NCBI GenBank assembly: GCA_038214755.1
Contig: JBBQRQ010000013.1
Coordinates: 1 to 64,000, forward strand
Source: Verrucomicrobiota bacterium
Lineage (GTDB): Bacteria > Verrucomicrobiota > Verrucomicrobiia > Limisphaerales > CANJXF01
Reading direction: 5' to 3'
Length of the DNA stretch: 64,000 nt
Under the pieces are notes generated by a model that was not told where the DNA came from, made no database searches, and worked only from the letters and a program-made list of their open reading frames with translations. Positions 38,136 to 47,516 of this stretch are shown one piece after another. The translations under genes were made by a program, and so were the position numbers. The first letter of the stretch is position 1, and each line of letters starts with the position of its first letter.

Positions 38136-39944
38136 ATGCAGAAACAATTTCTCCCATTCGCTCTGGCGTTTTCCGCCCTCGCCAGCTTTGCCGCAGCCGG
38201 CGTGGAGCACAACGATTTGCGAGTGGGAATCGCGGGCCACGCTTTCGATCACCTCGGCGATATCGCTGAGCAAGCGCGCGCCGCAGTGATGAGTGGTTCG
38301 ACGATTATTTACAGCACCGGCTTCGGCGCCTTGGGCTATCAAGGTTGGCCCACACCCAGCGAGGCCGAGAAAACTCATGACGCGACCTCTGCTTATTTGA
38401 GTGAAGCGAAAAAAAACGGATTGCGCCTCGCCCTTGGATATGTCTGCGCCACTTCGATCGTGAAGCTGGAAAATTTTGCGCGCAATTGGCCGGAAAAATT
38501 TTGCGCGCAATTCTCCGCGCCTCCGCAAAAATGGCTGCAGCAGGACCGCGAAGGCAAAGTTCTGGCCTCCTGGTACGGCGGTGATTATCAACCGGCCTGC
38601 ATGAACAATCCGGACTGGCGCACTTACGAAAAATTTATTGTCCGCCAACAACTCGAAGCGGGTCACGACGGAATTTTTTTCGATAACCCGACCGTTCACC
38701 CGCAGGGATGTTACTGCCAATATTGCATGACGGAGTTTGCCTTGTTCCTCGTAAAAAGCGGGGAGAAAATTGCCGCGCCGTCGCAGAATTCTCTAAAGTT
38801 TCTGCGTGATCTCGCCGCGAGTCGGCCGACAGATTTCATGCGGTTTCGCTGCAGGATTGCGGCGGATTTTCTCGCGGAGATCCGAAGTTATGCGAGGACG
38901 ATCAAGCCCGGCGCACTGATCACCTGCAACAATAGTTTGAATTCACCCGAGGTGTTTTTTTCGCAATGTCGCACTTATGGCTACAACATTTTTGAAATGA
39001 GCCAAGCGGAGGATTTGGTCGTGGTCGAAGACATGTCACAACAACCGCGCGTTTTGGCCGACGGAAATCTTATCGAATACGGACCGGTCTATGAACTCCT
39101 GCAAGCGATCTCGCACGGCAAGCCGCTGGTCGCGGTGACAATTGCCGACGGCGATTATCACACGCCGCCAAACTTGATGCGGCTCGCGATCGCCGAAGCC
39201 GCTGCGCACAACGCTTCGTATCTTTCTTGGCCAACGTGGCCGGCAAACCAGCGGACGCGAATGATTTCTGCCGTTCGACCGCAGGCAGATTTGCTCCGCC
39301 GAAATGCGACTCTGCTGAATGACACGGAGCAACGCTCCGACGCGCTTTTGTTTCTGCCGTTCCGTCGTTATTTGGAAACCGCCGATTGCCAGCCGTTGAA
39401 AATCGCCCGCGCTCTCAGTCGCGCCAATGTGCAATTTGAAGTTTTCTGCGAGGAAGATTTTTCCGAGAAATTGAAAGTGAAATCACCATCTGTCCTGCTG
39501 ATAGAATCTCCTGCCGTTTTGCTCGCGCCTGAAATCAAGCTGCTTGAAACTTTTCAGCGTCGTGGAGGCGAAATCGTTTGGACGGAAAAAGAGAATTGGT
39601 TGGCGGAGTTGCAAAAGATGGTCGAAAAACCCTCCGTCGAAGTGCGAGGCTGGGCGACCATTCGCGCCACCGTGCGAGACCAGCCGAAAAAACGAATGGT
39701 GCATTTGCTCAACCTGAACGTCCAACGCGTCTCGTCATTTGAAGACAAAGTGACTCCCGCATCTGACGTTCAATTGAAAGTGCGCGTCCCATTTTTTTCC
39801 GTTCATTCGGTGAAAGCTCTCACCGCCGATTCGGCGGCGACGCAGGGTCTGATTCCGTTCAAACTTCAACGGGATAAAACGGGCGCTTCTTTGGAAATCA
39901 AAATTCCGCGTTTGGTGGTTTCCACCATTTTGGTGGTTGAATGA
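38136..39944 (+). CDS. Secreted hypothetical protein, glycoside-hydrolase-like TIM barrel
   Basis: Signal peptide; CMNNPDW, DGIFFDN, CYC..C pattern. Confidence 0.6.
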   Translation: MQKQFLPFALAFSALASFAAAGVEHNDLRVGIAGHAFDHLGDIAEQARAAVMSGSTIIYSTGFGALGYQGWPTPSEAEKTHDATSAYLSEAKKNGLRLALGYVCATSIVKLENFARNWPEKFCAQFSAPPQKWLQQDREGKVLASWYGGDYQPACMNNPDWRTYEKFIVRQQLEAGHDGIFFDNPTVHPQGCYCQYCMTEFALFLVKSGEKIAAPSQNSLKFLRDLAASRPTDFMRFRCRIAADFLAEIRSYARTIKPGALITCNNSLNSPEVFFSQCRTYGYNIFEMSQAEDLVVVEDMSQQPRVLADGNLIEYGPVYELLQAISHGKPLVAVTIADGDYHTPPNLMRLAIAEAAAHNASYLSWPTWPANQRTRMISAVRPQADLLRRNATLLNDTEQRSDALLFLPFRRYLETADCQPLKIARALSRANVQFEVFCEEDFSEKLKVKSPSVLLIESPAVLLAPEIKLLETFQRRGGEIVWTEKENWLAELQKMVEKPSVEVRGWATIRATVRDQPKKRMVHLLNLNVQRVSSFEDKVTPASDVQLKVRVPFFSVHSVKALTADSAATQGLIPFKLQRDKTGASLEIKIPRLVVSTILVVE

Positions 39945-39945
39945 T

Positions 39946-40017
39946 CGTAGCCGCCGACGTGAGGAGACGGATTTCGGCTGATAGTCTCAAATCCGCCTCC
40001 TCACGTCGGCGGCTACG
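39946..40017. repeat. REP-like doublet CGTAGCCGCCGACGTGAGGAG.CGGA / TCCGCCTCCTCACGTCGGCGGCTACG
   Basis: Near-perfect inverted arms; same family at 48281 and 56817. Confidence 0.9.
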
Positions 40018-40092
40018 AAGTTTCATCCCTGAACTGACGTTGAGTTCCGCTTCCCCGCTTGTTTCGGCGAAGTGCTCCGCTAAATTCTTTCC

Positions 40093-41268
40093 GTGATCTA
40101 CGACGCATCACTCGACGAGTTGCTCCAAAAAGTTTGGGATGGAAACCGGATTGATTCCACCGAAGCGTTGCGTCTTTACCATTTGCCGTTGGAAGAACTC
40201 GGAGCGCTGGCGGACCAGCGCCGCCGGATCGCAAAAAAAACCGCTTACGAAAATCGCGGCAACGAAATCGTCACTTATATCGTTGACCGGAACATCAATT
40301 ACACGAACGTTTGCAACGTCTATTGCAAATTCTGCGCGTTCTATCGCACGGAAAAAGACGACGACGCTTACGTCATCACCCACGACGAAATCGATAAAAA
40401 AATCGAGGAAACCATCGCGCTCGGCGGCACGCAGATTTTGATGCAAGGCGGGCATCATCCAAAACTTTCGCTGCAGTGGTATGTCGATTTGCTGTCGCAC
40501 ATCAAAACGAAATTTCCGCAAATCAATATTCACGGATTCAGCCCAAGTGAGTTCGTGCATTTTCAGGAGGTGTTTCAGAAACCGGTTGAAGAAATTATTC
40601 GTGAGTTTATGAAAGCCGGGCTTGGCTCCATTCCCGGCGGTGGCGGGGAAATTCTGGTGGATCGCGTGCGCAAAAAAATTTCGCCCTTGAAAGCGATGAG
40701 TGACGAATGGTTGAACGTGATGGATGTCGCGCACCGCCTCGGTTTGGCTTCAACGGCGACGATGATGTTTGGCCACGTCGAGAGCATCGAAGATCGCATC
40801 GAACATCTGGAGCGAGTGCGCGCGCAGCAGGACAAAAGTAGGGCAGGCGTCTCGCCTGCCCATCCGGTCGCGCGAGCGACGTCAGTCGAGACGACCGTGC
40901 GGGCAGGCGAGACGCCCGCCCTACCTTGTTTCACCGCCTTCATCGCATGGACATTTCAATCGGAGAATACAAAGTTGAAAGCGCCCACGGTTGGCGCGCA
41001 CGAATATTTGCGAATGCAGGCGCTCTCGCGAATTTACCTCGACAACATTTCCAACATTCAAAGCTCGTGGGTGACGCAAGGCCAGGAGATCGGCCAGGTT
41101 GCATTGAAATTCGGCGCGAATGATTTGGGCAGCATCATGATTGAAGAGAATGTGGTCTCGCAGGCCGGAACGACTTTCCGCATGGGCGTGGCCGACATGC
41201 AACGGCTCATTTCAGAACTCGGCTACGAACCGCGCCAACGGGACAACTGGTATCGGCTGGTAAACTAA
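40093..41268 (+). CDS. mqnC: Cyclic dehypoxanthine futalosine synthase (radical SAM) with in-frame REP insertion
   Basis: DRNINYTNVCNVYCKFCAFYR, MQGGHHP, PGGGGEIL, TATMMFGH, QSSWVTQG, IEENVV. Confidence 0.9.
   Translation: MIYDASLDELLQKVWDGNRIDSTEALRLYHLPLEELGALADQRRRIAKKTAYENRGNEIVTYIVDRNINYTNVCNVYCKFCAFYRTEKDDDAYVITHDEIDKKIEETIALGGTQILMQGGHHPKLSLQWYVDLLSHIKTKFPQINIHGFSPSEFVHFQEVFQKPVEEIIREFMKAGLGSIPGGGGEILVDRVRKKISPLKAMSDEWLNVMDVAHRLGLASTATMMFGHVESIEDRIEHLERVRAQQDKSRAGVSPAHPVARATSVETTVRAGETPALPCFTAFIAWTFQSENTKLKAPTVGAHEYLRMQALSRIYLDNISNIQSSWVTQGQEIGQVALKFGANDLGSIMIEENVVSQAGTTFRMGVADMQRLISELGYEPRQRDNWYRLVN
40838..40924. repeat. 87-bp REP doublet GTAGGGCAGGCGTCTCGCCTGCC...GGCAGGCGAGACGCCCGCCCTAC inside mqnC
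   Basis: GTAG...CTAC bounded inverted arms; length is a multiple of 3. Confidence 0.9.
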
Positions 41269-41297
41269 AAGGTGTGATTCAAACTGGCGGTCGGAAC

Positions 41298-41399
41298 AAG
41301 AGCGCCAGAGGACTGGCGCAGTCCAAGACGCTGCGCGCCATTCATGCGCCCTCGAAATTCGCGCGAGCGTCTTGGAGTGCGGCGGCCCTCCGCCGCTTT
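41298..41399. repeat. REP-like doublet AGCGCCAGAGGACTGGCGCAGTCCAAGACGCT / AGCGTCTTGGAGTGCGGCGGCCCTCCGCCGCTTT
   Basis: Inverted arms each with an internal hairpin. Confidence 0.8.
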
Positions 41400-41488
41400 C
41401 ACAGCACCGGTAATGACCGCCACTGGGAATCACACGCTAAACTAAAAGCCGCGTTGCGCTTTCGCCAAAAAAACCTAGAATCATTTCC

Positions 41489-41761
41489 ATGACACCGGAT
41501 GAATTTTATTTGGATGTGCAAATCGAATCGCTGGAAGAAGGCGGCTATCTCGCCACCAGCAAAGATTTGCCGGGACTGATCGCGCAAGGCCGAACGAGGG
41601 CCGAGGCAATGGAAATTGCGCAGGATGTCGCTCGAAAATTAGTCGAATCTTGCTTGGAACACGGCGATCCCTTGCCCGCTAAAATTCGTGCGGCCCTTCG
41701 TCGATCCGTCAGGAAAGCTACCGTCAAAATTCCGATCGGCCTTTCTGCTCAAATTGCATGA
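41489..41761 (+). CDS. hicB: HicB-family antitoxin (short form)
   Basis: EEGGYLA...DLPGLIAQG.T..EA. Confidence 0.85.
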   Translation: MTPDEFYLDVQIESLEEGGYLATSKDLPGLIAQGRTRAEAMEIAQDVARKLVESCLEHGDPLPAKIRAALRRSVRKATVKIPIGLSAQIA

Positions 41762-41978
41762 GCCGTTTGCCGGGTTTGAATACCGCGAAGTCGTGGAACG
41801 TTTGCGCGCTCACGGATTTATTTTTGATCGGCCAGCAAAAGGCAGTCACGAAATCTGGTATAATCCTCAAACCAAACGCAGAACCACACTTCCTCATCAT
41901 CCGGGAACTTTGCCACGCGGCACACTGCGGGCGATTATCAGCCAATGCGGATTGTCCGTTGAAGAATTTTTGAAATGA
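41758..41978 (+). pseudogene. hicA: HicA-family toxin with a frameshift after codon 4
   Basis: ATG overlapping the hicB stop gives MSRL; the HicA body (YREV..RL...GF...R.AKGSHEIW...HP.TLP.GTL.AI) is in another frame. Confidence 0.8.
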
Positions 41979-42035
41979 TCCGAAATATGAATGCTGCTGA
42001 CTGACCTCGCTTTCGGTTTAGATTTTTATCACATC

Positions 42036-42770
42036 GTGAATTCCGCGCCGCACCTGAGCATCGTCCTTCCCTGCTTCAACGAAGAAGGAAACTTGCGCGC
42101 GCTGGTCAGCTCCATTCGCGATTCGCTCGATCCACTCAAAATCGATTATGAAATCGTCATCACCGACGATTGCAGCGGCGATAATTCCTGGGCATTGCTC
42201 AAAGAACTCGCGGCGGCGGACAAACGAATTCGCCTTCAGCGTTTTGAAAAAAACTCCGGGCAATCCGCCGCGCTCTGGGCCGGAATGAAAGCGGCGCGTG
42301 GGAAAATTTTCGCGACACTCGACGCGGATATGCAAAACGATCCGCGTGAGTTGCCGAAATTTTTAGATGCATTGAAAGACTTTGATTGCGTGTGCGGCTC
42401 GCGGGTGGAGAGTCGCGCCAAAGGCGACAACAAAATCCGCGTGATGTCTTCGAGGATCGCTAATCGGGTGAGAAACCAGTTGAGCGGTGAAACGATTTCC
42501 GATTCCGGCTGTTGTTTCCGCGCCTTTAAACGCGAGTGCATCGCCGATCTGAAATTCTTCAAGGGCATGCATCGCTTCATGCCGACGCTGATCAAAATGG
42601 AAGGATTCAGCGTCACGGAAATTCCGGTTTCCACAAACCCACGCTTTGCCGGAAAGACGAACTACGGCGTTTGGAACCGGCTATTCTCCTCTTTCCATGA
42701 TTTGCTGGCCGTGCGTTGGATGAAAAAAAGAATGCACCGATTCACCATTGCCGAACGCATCAACGACTAG
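42036..42770 (+). CDS. GT2 polyprenol-phosphate glycosyltransferase (ArnC/DPM1-like)
   Basis: LSIVLPCFNEE, DDCSGD, NSGQSAA, LDADMQNDP, HRFMP. Confidence 0.9.
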   Translation: MNSAPHLSIVLPCFNEEGNLRALVSSIRDSLDPLKIDYEIVITDDCSGDNSWALLKELAAADKRIRLQRFEKNSGQSAALWAGMKAARGKIFATLDADMQNDPRELPKFLDALKDFDCVCGSRVESRAKGDNKIRVMSSRIANRVRNQLSGETISDSGCCFRAFKRECIADLKFFKGMHRFMPTLIKMEGFSVTEIPVSTNPRFAGKTNYGVWNRLFSSFHDLLAVRWMKKRMHRFTIAERIND

Positions 42771-42776
42771 GCGCTT

Positions 42777-44246
42777 ATGCCGAACGCCGCCCTGACCGAA
42801 TCTTCCCAGAAGAAATTCTTTTTAATTCTCTGCGTCTATTTTGGCCTGCATGTCGCGATTCGCACGTTGATTTCTGGAACCGCCGATCTCGATGAATCTG
42901 AGCAATTGGTCCTCACGCAAAAATTCGCGTGCGGCTACGGCTGGCAACCGCCGCTCTACACTTGGCTGCAAATATTTTTTTTCAAAACGTTTGGCGTTTC
43001 TATTTTCTCTCTGGCCCTGCTGAAAAATCTCTTGCTGCTCTCGATTTATCTTTTCACCTATTTCAACGTCCGCTTCGTCACGCGAAGCTCCCTTTGTGGA
43101 ATCCTCGGCGCGACTTCGCTTCTCTTCATTCCGCAAGTCGCCTGGGAATCGCAGCGCGACCTGACTCATTCGGTCCTGGCTTCCGCCATTGTGACGGCGA
43201 CGCTTTTTGTTTTCCTGCGATTGCGGAAGAATGCGTGGGGCGGTTACGTCGCTTTGGGAACCTGCATGGGTTTGGGCCTGCTTTCCAAATACAACTACGC
43301 CGCATTTTTCTCAGGGCTGGCTCTGGCAGCGGTGACGCTGAGCGAATTTCGCCCGCGTATTTTGAATAAAAAAATTCTTCTGTCGTTGGCGATCTGCTTT
43401 GTAATTCTGCTGCCGCATTTGCATTGGGCTTTTTTTAATCGCGCCGCGCTCGCCTCCACCGCTTATCAATTCCATCGGCACTCTGCTGGGGAATTGTTTT
43501 CAGACGCGACGCTCGGTGTGGGCCGCTTGTTAGCGGCAGTTCTATTTCACGTTGGGCCATTCGCCGCCATTTTTCTCGGGCTGTTTTTTCGGCGAATTGT
43601 TTCCGCCGGCTCGTTCGATAAAAATATTTTCGCTCAACTTTTTGCGCGCCAATATCTTTTCATCGTCGCTGGCTTGCTGGGTGCGATTTTGGTTTTGCGC
43701 GCGACGGGATTCAAAGACCGCTGGTTTGAACCGATTTTTATTTCGCTGCCGCTGCTCGTCTTTTCGTTGGCAGGAGATTGGATTCAACCACGCCAAAAAA
43801 ATTTCCTGCTCCTTTTCGGAGGCGTTGTTGCGCTAGCCGTCCTCACCATTATTCCTGGCCGGATTTTGTTTGCGGAAAAGCTCAGCCGCGTTCCGCTGCC
43901 CAACGCCCCGTTTCAGAAAATGGGCAACGAGTTGGCGAAACAAATTCCTCGCGACGCGCTGCTCATCGCCGAGAACAAATGGATTGGCGGAAATCTTCGC
44001 CTGCTTTTTCCAGAGCGAAATGTCGTCACGGCAGACCTGGCAAAATTGTTTTCAGCGACGAACCGAACCTGCGTGGTGATCTGGGACGCAACTCGGCGGC
44101 AGACTCCTTCCTTGAAGCTCGATCAATTTGTTGGAGAGTTTTCAGAAAAAAATCCAAGCGAGGCCGAGATCCATTTCGCCGAGGCCGTTTATCAATATCA
44201 CAACGCAAAAAAATTCCGCCTCGGAATTTCAACGCCGAATCCTTGA
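42777..44246 (+). CDS. ArnT/PMT-like (GT-C) membrane glycosyltransferase
   Basis: DESEQ, QPPLYTW, GLLSKYNY, many TM segments; adjacent to GT2. Confidence 0.8.
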   Translation: MPNAALTESSQKKFFLILCVYFGLHVAIRTLISGTADLDESEQLVLTQKFACGYGWQPPLYTWLQIFFFKTFGVSIFSLALLKNLLLLSIYLFTYFNVRFVTRSSLCGILGATSLLFIPQVAWESQRDLTHSVLASAIVTATLFVFLRLRKNAWGGYVALGTCMGLGLLSKYNYAAFFSGLALAAVTLSEFRPRILNKKILLSLAICFVILLPHLHWAFFNRAALASTAYQFHRHSAGELFSDATLGVGRLLAAVLFHVGPFAAIFLGLFFRRIVSAGSFDKNIFAQLFARQYLFIVAGLLGAILVLRATGFKDRWFEPIFISLPLLVFSLAGDWIQPRQKNFLLLFGGVVALAVLTIIPGRILFAEKLSRVPLPNAPFQKMGNELAKQIPRDALLIAENKWIGGNLRLLFPERNVVTADLAKLFSATNRTCVVIWDATRRQTPSLKLDQFVGEFSEKNPSEAEIHFAEAVYQYHNAKKFRLGISTPNP

Positions 44247-44284
44247 AGAATTAGTCGCTCGGGAGAACGCCACCTGGCTTCTCC

Positions 44285-44452
44285 GGGCCGCATCTCAGAG
44301 GCGTGGTGACCAAATGGAAAGGAGCGCGGACGTTCTTCGTCCGCGTGTTTCCAAAACGGACAAAACCACCGGGCTCTCGTCCCTCACGATTCACGCGGAC
44401 GAGAACGTCCGCGCTCCTACTGGTTTGGGCAACACGCCCGTGAGATGCGCCC
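44285..44452. mobile_element. Three-layer nested MITE/REP composite with probable 8-bp target-site duplication
   Basis: GGGCCGCATCTCA/TGAGATGCGCCC outer, GGCGTGGTGACCAAA/TTTGGGCAACACGCC middle, GGAGCGCGGACGTTC/GAACGTCCGCGCTCC inner; flanks GCTTCTCC and GCTTCTAC. Confidence 0.75.
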
Positions 44453-44573
44453 GCTTCTACGCCAGGCCTAATTCTTTCTTGCAGCGCAACCCAAAATGTT
44501 CAGAGTCGGTTTATGAAAACTGAGTCGGAACAATGGCGGGGACGTTTCGGTGATGGGCAATGGCCAGTTTTTT

Positions 44574-45266
44574 TCAGCCGCCTGTTTCCAGGATGCTGGC
44601 GAAAACAACCTCTTTGATCTTCCAGATCAGCGCCATCGTCATCGCGATCGGCATGAGAATAAGAAAAATAACCAGCCAAATTCCCTGCGGCTTTACTCGG
44701 TTGAGAATTGACGTCGCGAAATCCGGCAACGCGGGAAGGAATCCAAGGGAAAAATAAATCAATAACAAGACCGGAATCACGAGCAGTACCCGTCGATTGA
44801 ACGTCGTAAAAAGCCCCGTTTCCAAGCGCAACGTTTCGTCCGGCAACATCGCGGCCAGCCGATCCAACACGCGATTCAAGATCAATAGAAAAACGAGGCT
44901 CGATGCGGCCAGCAGCAGGACGGCGACGTTGTAAAGCTGGACGAATGGGAGTCGATGCCAAAAAAAAAGAAAGGGAGAAAGGCCGAGGTTGACGAAGCCA
45001 AAAAGCCTGGCGCGTTCCAATGTGTCTCGCCAAATGCGCTCTTGTTTTTGGAAGTGTCCAAGGAGCCAAAGTCCGTAAAGGAGCAGGGCGCTGACGAGGA
45101 ACGGCGGAACAACCGCGAAGAAACCAAGAGCGTTAAAAAAATCGGTGCTCGCGGTTTCGACATAAATCAGGAGCGTCAGCGGCAATCCCCAAAATAAGGC
45201 GGACAGGCCGCGCACCAATTTACCCATACGGCGAAGCAGTTCTGCTTTGGGCGCAAGTTCAGACAT
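44574..45266 (-). CDS. Hypothetical integral membrane protein
   Basis: 230 aa, about six hydrophobic segments. Confidence 0.75.
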   Translation of the reverse strand: MSELAPKAELLRRMGKLVRGLSALFWGLPLTLLIYVETASTDFFNALGFFAVVPPFLVSALLLYGLWLLGHFQKQERIWRDTLERARLFGFVNLGLSPFLFFWHRLPFVQLYNVAVLLLAASSLVFLLILNRVLDRLAAMLPDETLRLETGLFTTFNRRVLLVIPVLLLIYFSLGFLPALPDFATSILNRVKPQGIWLVIFLILMPIAMTMALIWKIKEVVFASILETGG

Positions 45267-45362
45267 GGAAATAAGGAGGAGAAGTTGGAAATTGGAAAAT
45301 GGAAGGTCGCGCAGAATTTTTTTCCGCTATTCTCCAACTTTCATCCTCTATCCTCGCGTTCA

Positions 45363-47300
45363 TCAAATCGCGAGATAGGTGTATTCCTTCAACCCGCGTT
45401 CGTAGTCATCGAGCAACCGCATTCCTTCGGACGGTTTGAGCCGGTCGGATTTTATCGCTTCATCAATTTGAACTTTCATCAGGCGTTTCAATTCGTTGTC
45501 GTCGTATTGCACCGCCGTTAGCGCCTGCAAAATAGTTGTGCCCTCAATAATTTCTTCCACGTAATAACCAGCGGGCTCATCGGGATCGAGGAAGACGTGG
45601 ACTTCATTCACGCGACCAAAAAGGTTGTGCAAATCCCCCATGATGTCCTGATACGCGCCCATCAAAAAAAAGCCGAGATAGTACGGCTCCTGGCCATTGC
45701 CGTTGGATTTTAATTTGTGCAAAGGCAACGTGTCGCGCACGTCGCGCAGGTCGATGAACTTGTTTATTTGCCCATCGGAATCGCAGGTGATGTCAACCAG
45801 CGTTGCTTCGCGCGTCGGCTTTTCGCTGTGACGATTGACCGGCATGATGGGAAAAAGTTGTCCGAGCGCCCAGTGATCGAGCAGGGATTGGAACACGGAG
45901 AAATTGCAAAGATATTGATCCGCGAGGCTGTCTTCGAGTTTGCGAATCTCCTCCGGAATGTAGGCTTGCCCCGCGAAACTTTTCACGACTTCGAGACTGA
46001 TTTCCCAATAGAGCGTTTCGATCTTTGCTTTGTCGGGAAGCTCCATCAGGCCGAGCGTGAACATATTGTGCGCGTCTTCTTTTCGTTCGAGCGCGTCGTG
46101 AAAGGCTTCGAGCTTGTTGAGCTTGCAAATATTTTTCCGAATATCGAGAAGCTCCTTGACGAGCGCGTGATCGTTCTCGCCGTATTGTAAATTCCCGTTG
46201 TCGCGAATTTTTTCAATCGCGCCAAAAACTTCCACGATCAACACGCTGTGATGCGCGACGATGGCGCGACCGCTTTCGCTGACGATGTCGGGATGCGGAA
46301 CTTTCTCAGCGTTACAAACGTCGGCGATGTAATAAACGATGTCGTTGGTGTATTCCTGCAATGAATAATTGGTCGAACTGTCGAAGGCGGAACGGCTGCC
46401 GTCGTAATCCACGCCGAGACCGCCGCCGACGTCGATGTATTCAATCGCAAAACCCATCTTGAAAAGTTTTGCGTAAAAACGCGACGCCTCTTGCACCGCT
46501 TTTTTCACGATCAAAATATCTGGAACCTGCGACCCGATGTGGAAATGAAGCAGCTTGAAACAGTGCGAAAGATTCTCCGCCTTCAACAAATCAGTCGCGG
46601 CGAGCAACTCAGCGGTGCTCAAACCGAACTTCGCATTTTCGCCGCCGCTCTCCGCCCATTTGCCCGCGCCTTTGCTGAGCAGCCGCGCGCGAATCCCGAT
46701 CAACGGCTCGACGCCCACTTGTTTTGAGACGGTGATGATTTGTTTTAGCTCCTCCAATTTCTCGACGACCAGGATGACTTTGCGGCCGAGTTTCGTTCCC
46801 ATCAGCGCCATCTTGATGAACGCGCAATCTTTGTAGCCGTTGCAAATAATCATTCCGTTCGGCTGATTTTGCATGGCGAGTCCGGCGAACAATTCCGGCT
46901 TGCTCCCGACTTCGAGACCAAAATTGTAGGGCTTGCCCGCGTCCAAAATTTCTTCAACCACTTCGCGCAGTTGATTGACTTTGATTGGAAAAACGCCGCG
47001 ATATTTTCCCTGATAATTGAATTCGGCAATGGAATTGCGAAAGGCCAAATTGATCGACTCAACGCGGTGGCGGAGAATATCCTGGAAACGAATCAGCACC
47101 GGAAATTTTAAGCCGCGCCCCTTGGCTTCCTCAATCACGTCGGTAATGTCCACCGCTGCGCCGGCCTCCTGCAACGGTTTGGCCACCACCCGCCCGGCTT
47201 CGTTGATGTCAAAATATTTCGCGCCCCAGCGGTTGATGTTGTAGAGATTTCGCGCAGCCTCGATGTCCCAGGGCGGCGTGGAAGCGGGGGAATCACTCAT
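45363..47300 (-). CDS. speA: Biosynthetic arginine decarboxylase
   Basis: FPIKVNQ PLP lysine, EVGSKPEL, CNGYKD, HFHIGSQ, DVGGGLGVDYDG, TCDSDG, GAYQDIMGDLHNLFG. Confidence 0.96.
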   Translation of the reverse strand: MSDSPASTPPWDIEAARNLYNINRWGAKYFDINEAGRVVAKPLQEAGAAVDITDVIEEAKGRGLKFPVLIRFQDILRHRVESINLAFRNSIAEFNYQGKYRGVFPIKVNQLREVVEEILDAGKPYNFGLEVGSKPELFAGLAMQNQPNGMIICNGYKDCAFIKMALMGTKLGRKVILVVEKLEELKQIITVSKQVGVEPLIGIRARLLSKGAGKWAESGGENAKFGLSTAELLAATDLLKAENLSHCFKLLHFHIGSQVPDILIVKKAVQEASRFYAKLFKMGFAIEYIDVGGGLGVDYDGSRSAFDSSTNYSLQEYTNDIVYYIADVCNAEKVPHPDIVSESGRAIVAHHSVLIVEVFGAIEKIRDNGNLQYGENDHALVKELLDIRKNICKLNKLEAFHDALERKEDAHNMFTLGLMELPDKAKIETLYWEISLEVVKSFAGQAYIPEEIRKLEDSLADQYLCNFSVFQSLLDHWALGQLFPIMPVNRHSEKPTREATLVDITCDSDGQINKFIDLRDVRDTLPLHKLKSNGNGQEPYYLGFFLMGAYQDIMGDLHNLFGRVNEVHVFLDPDEPAGYYVEEIIEGTTILQALTAVQYDDNELKRLMKVQIDEAIKSDRLKPSEGMRLLDDYERGLKEYTYLAI

Positions 47301-47415
47301 GGAAAAATTTCAAATCGCCGCACTATACGGACGGCCCATGAGAATTCAATAGGTGGGATGAAAAAAGTTTTCCCCTCGGAGATTTCGCCAGCCCAATGTT
47401 ACAAAGAAAGGAAGG

Positions 47416-47447
47416 CAACCTTTTGTTGCATATGCAACAAAAGGTTG
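47416..47447. promoter_or_regulatory. Perfect 32-bp palindrome CAACCTTTTGTTGCATATGCAACAAAAGGTTG in a divergent promoter region
   Basis: Self-complementary with no spacer; function inferred only from position. Confidence 0.55.
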
Positions 47448-47516
47448 TTGCAAGCGAAATCGTCGTGCAGGGAATTGCTCTCGAACTCCATTTGAAATTC
47501 AAAGTAGCTTTCGGGC

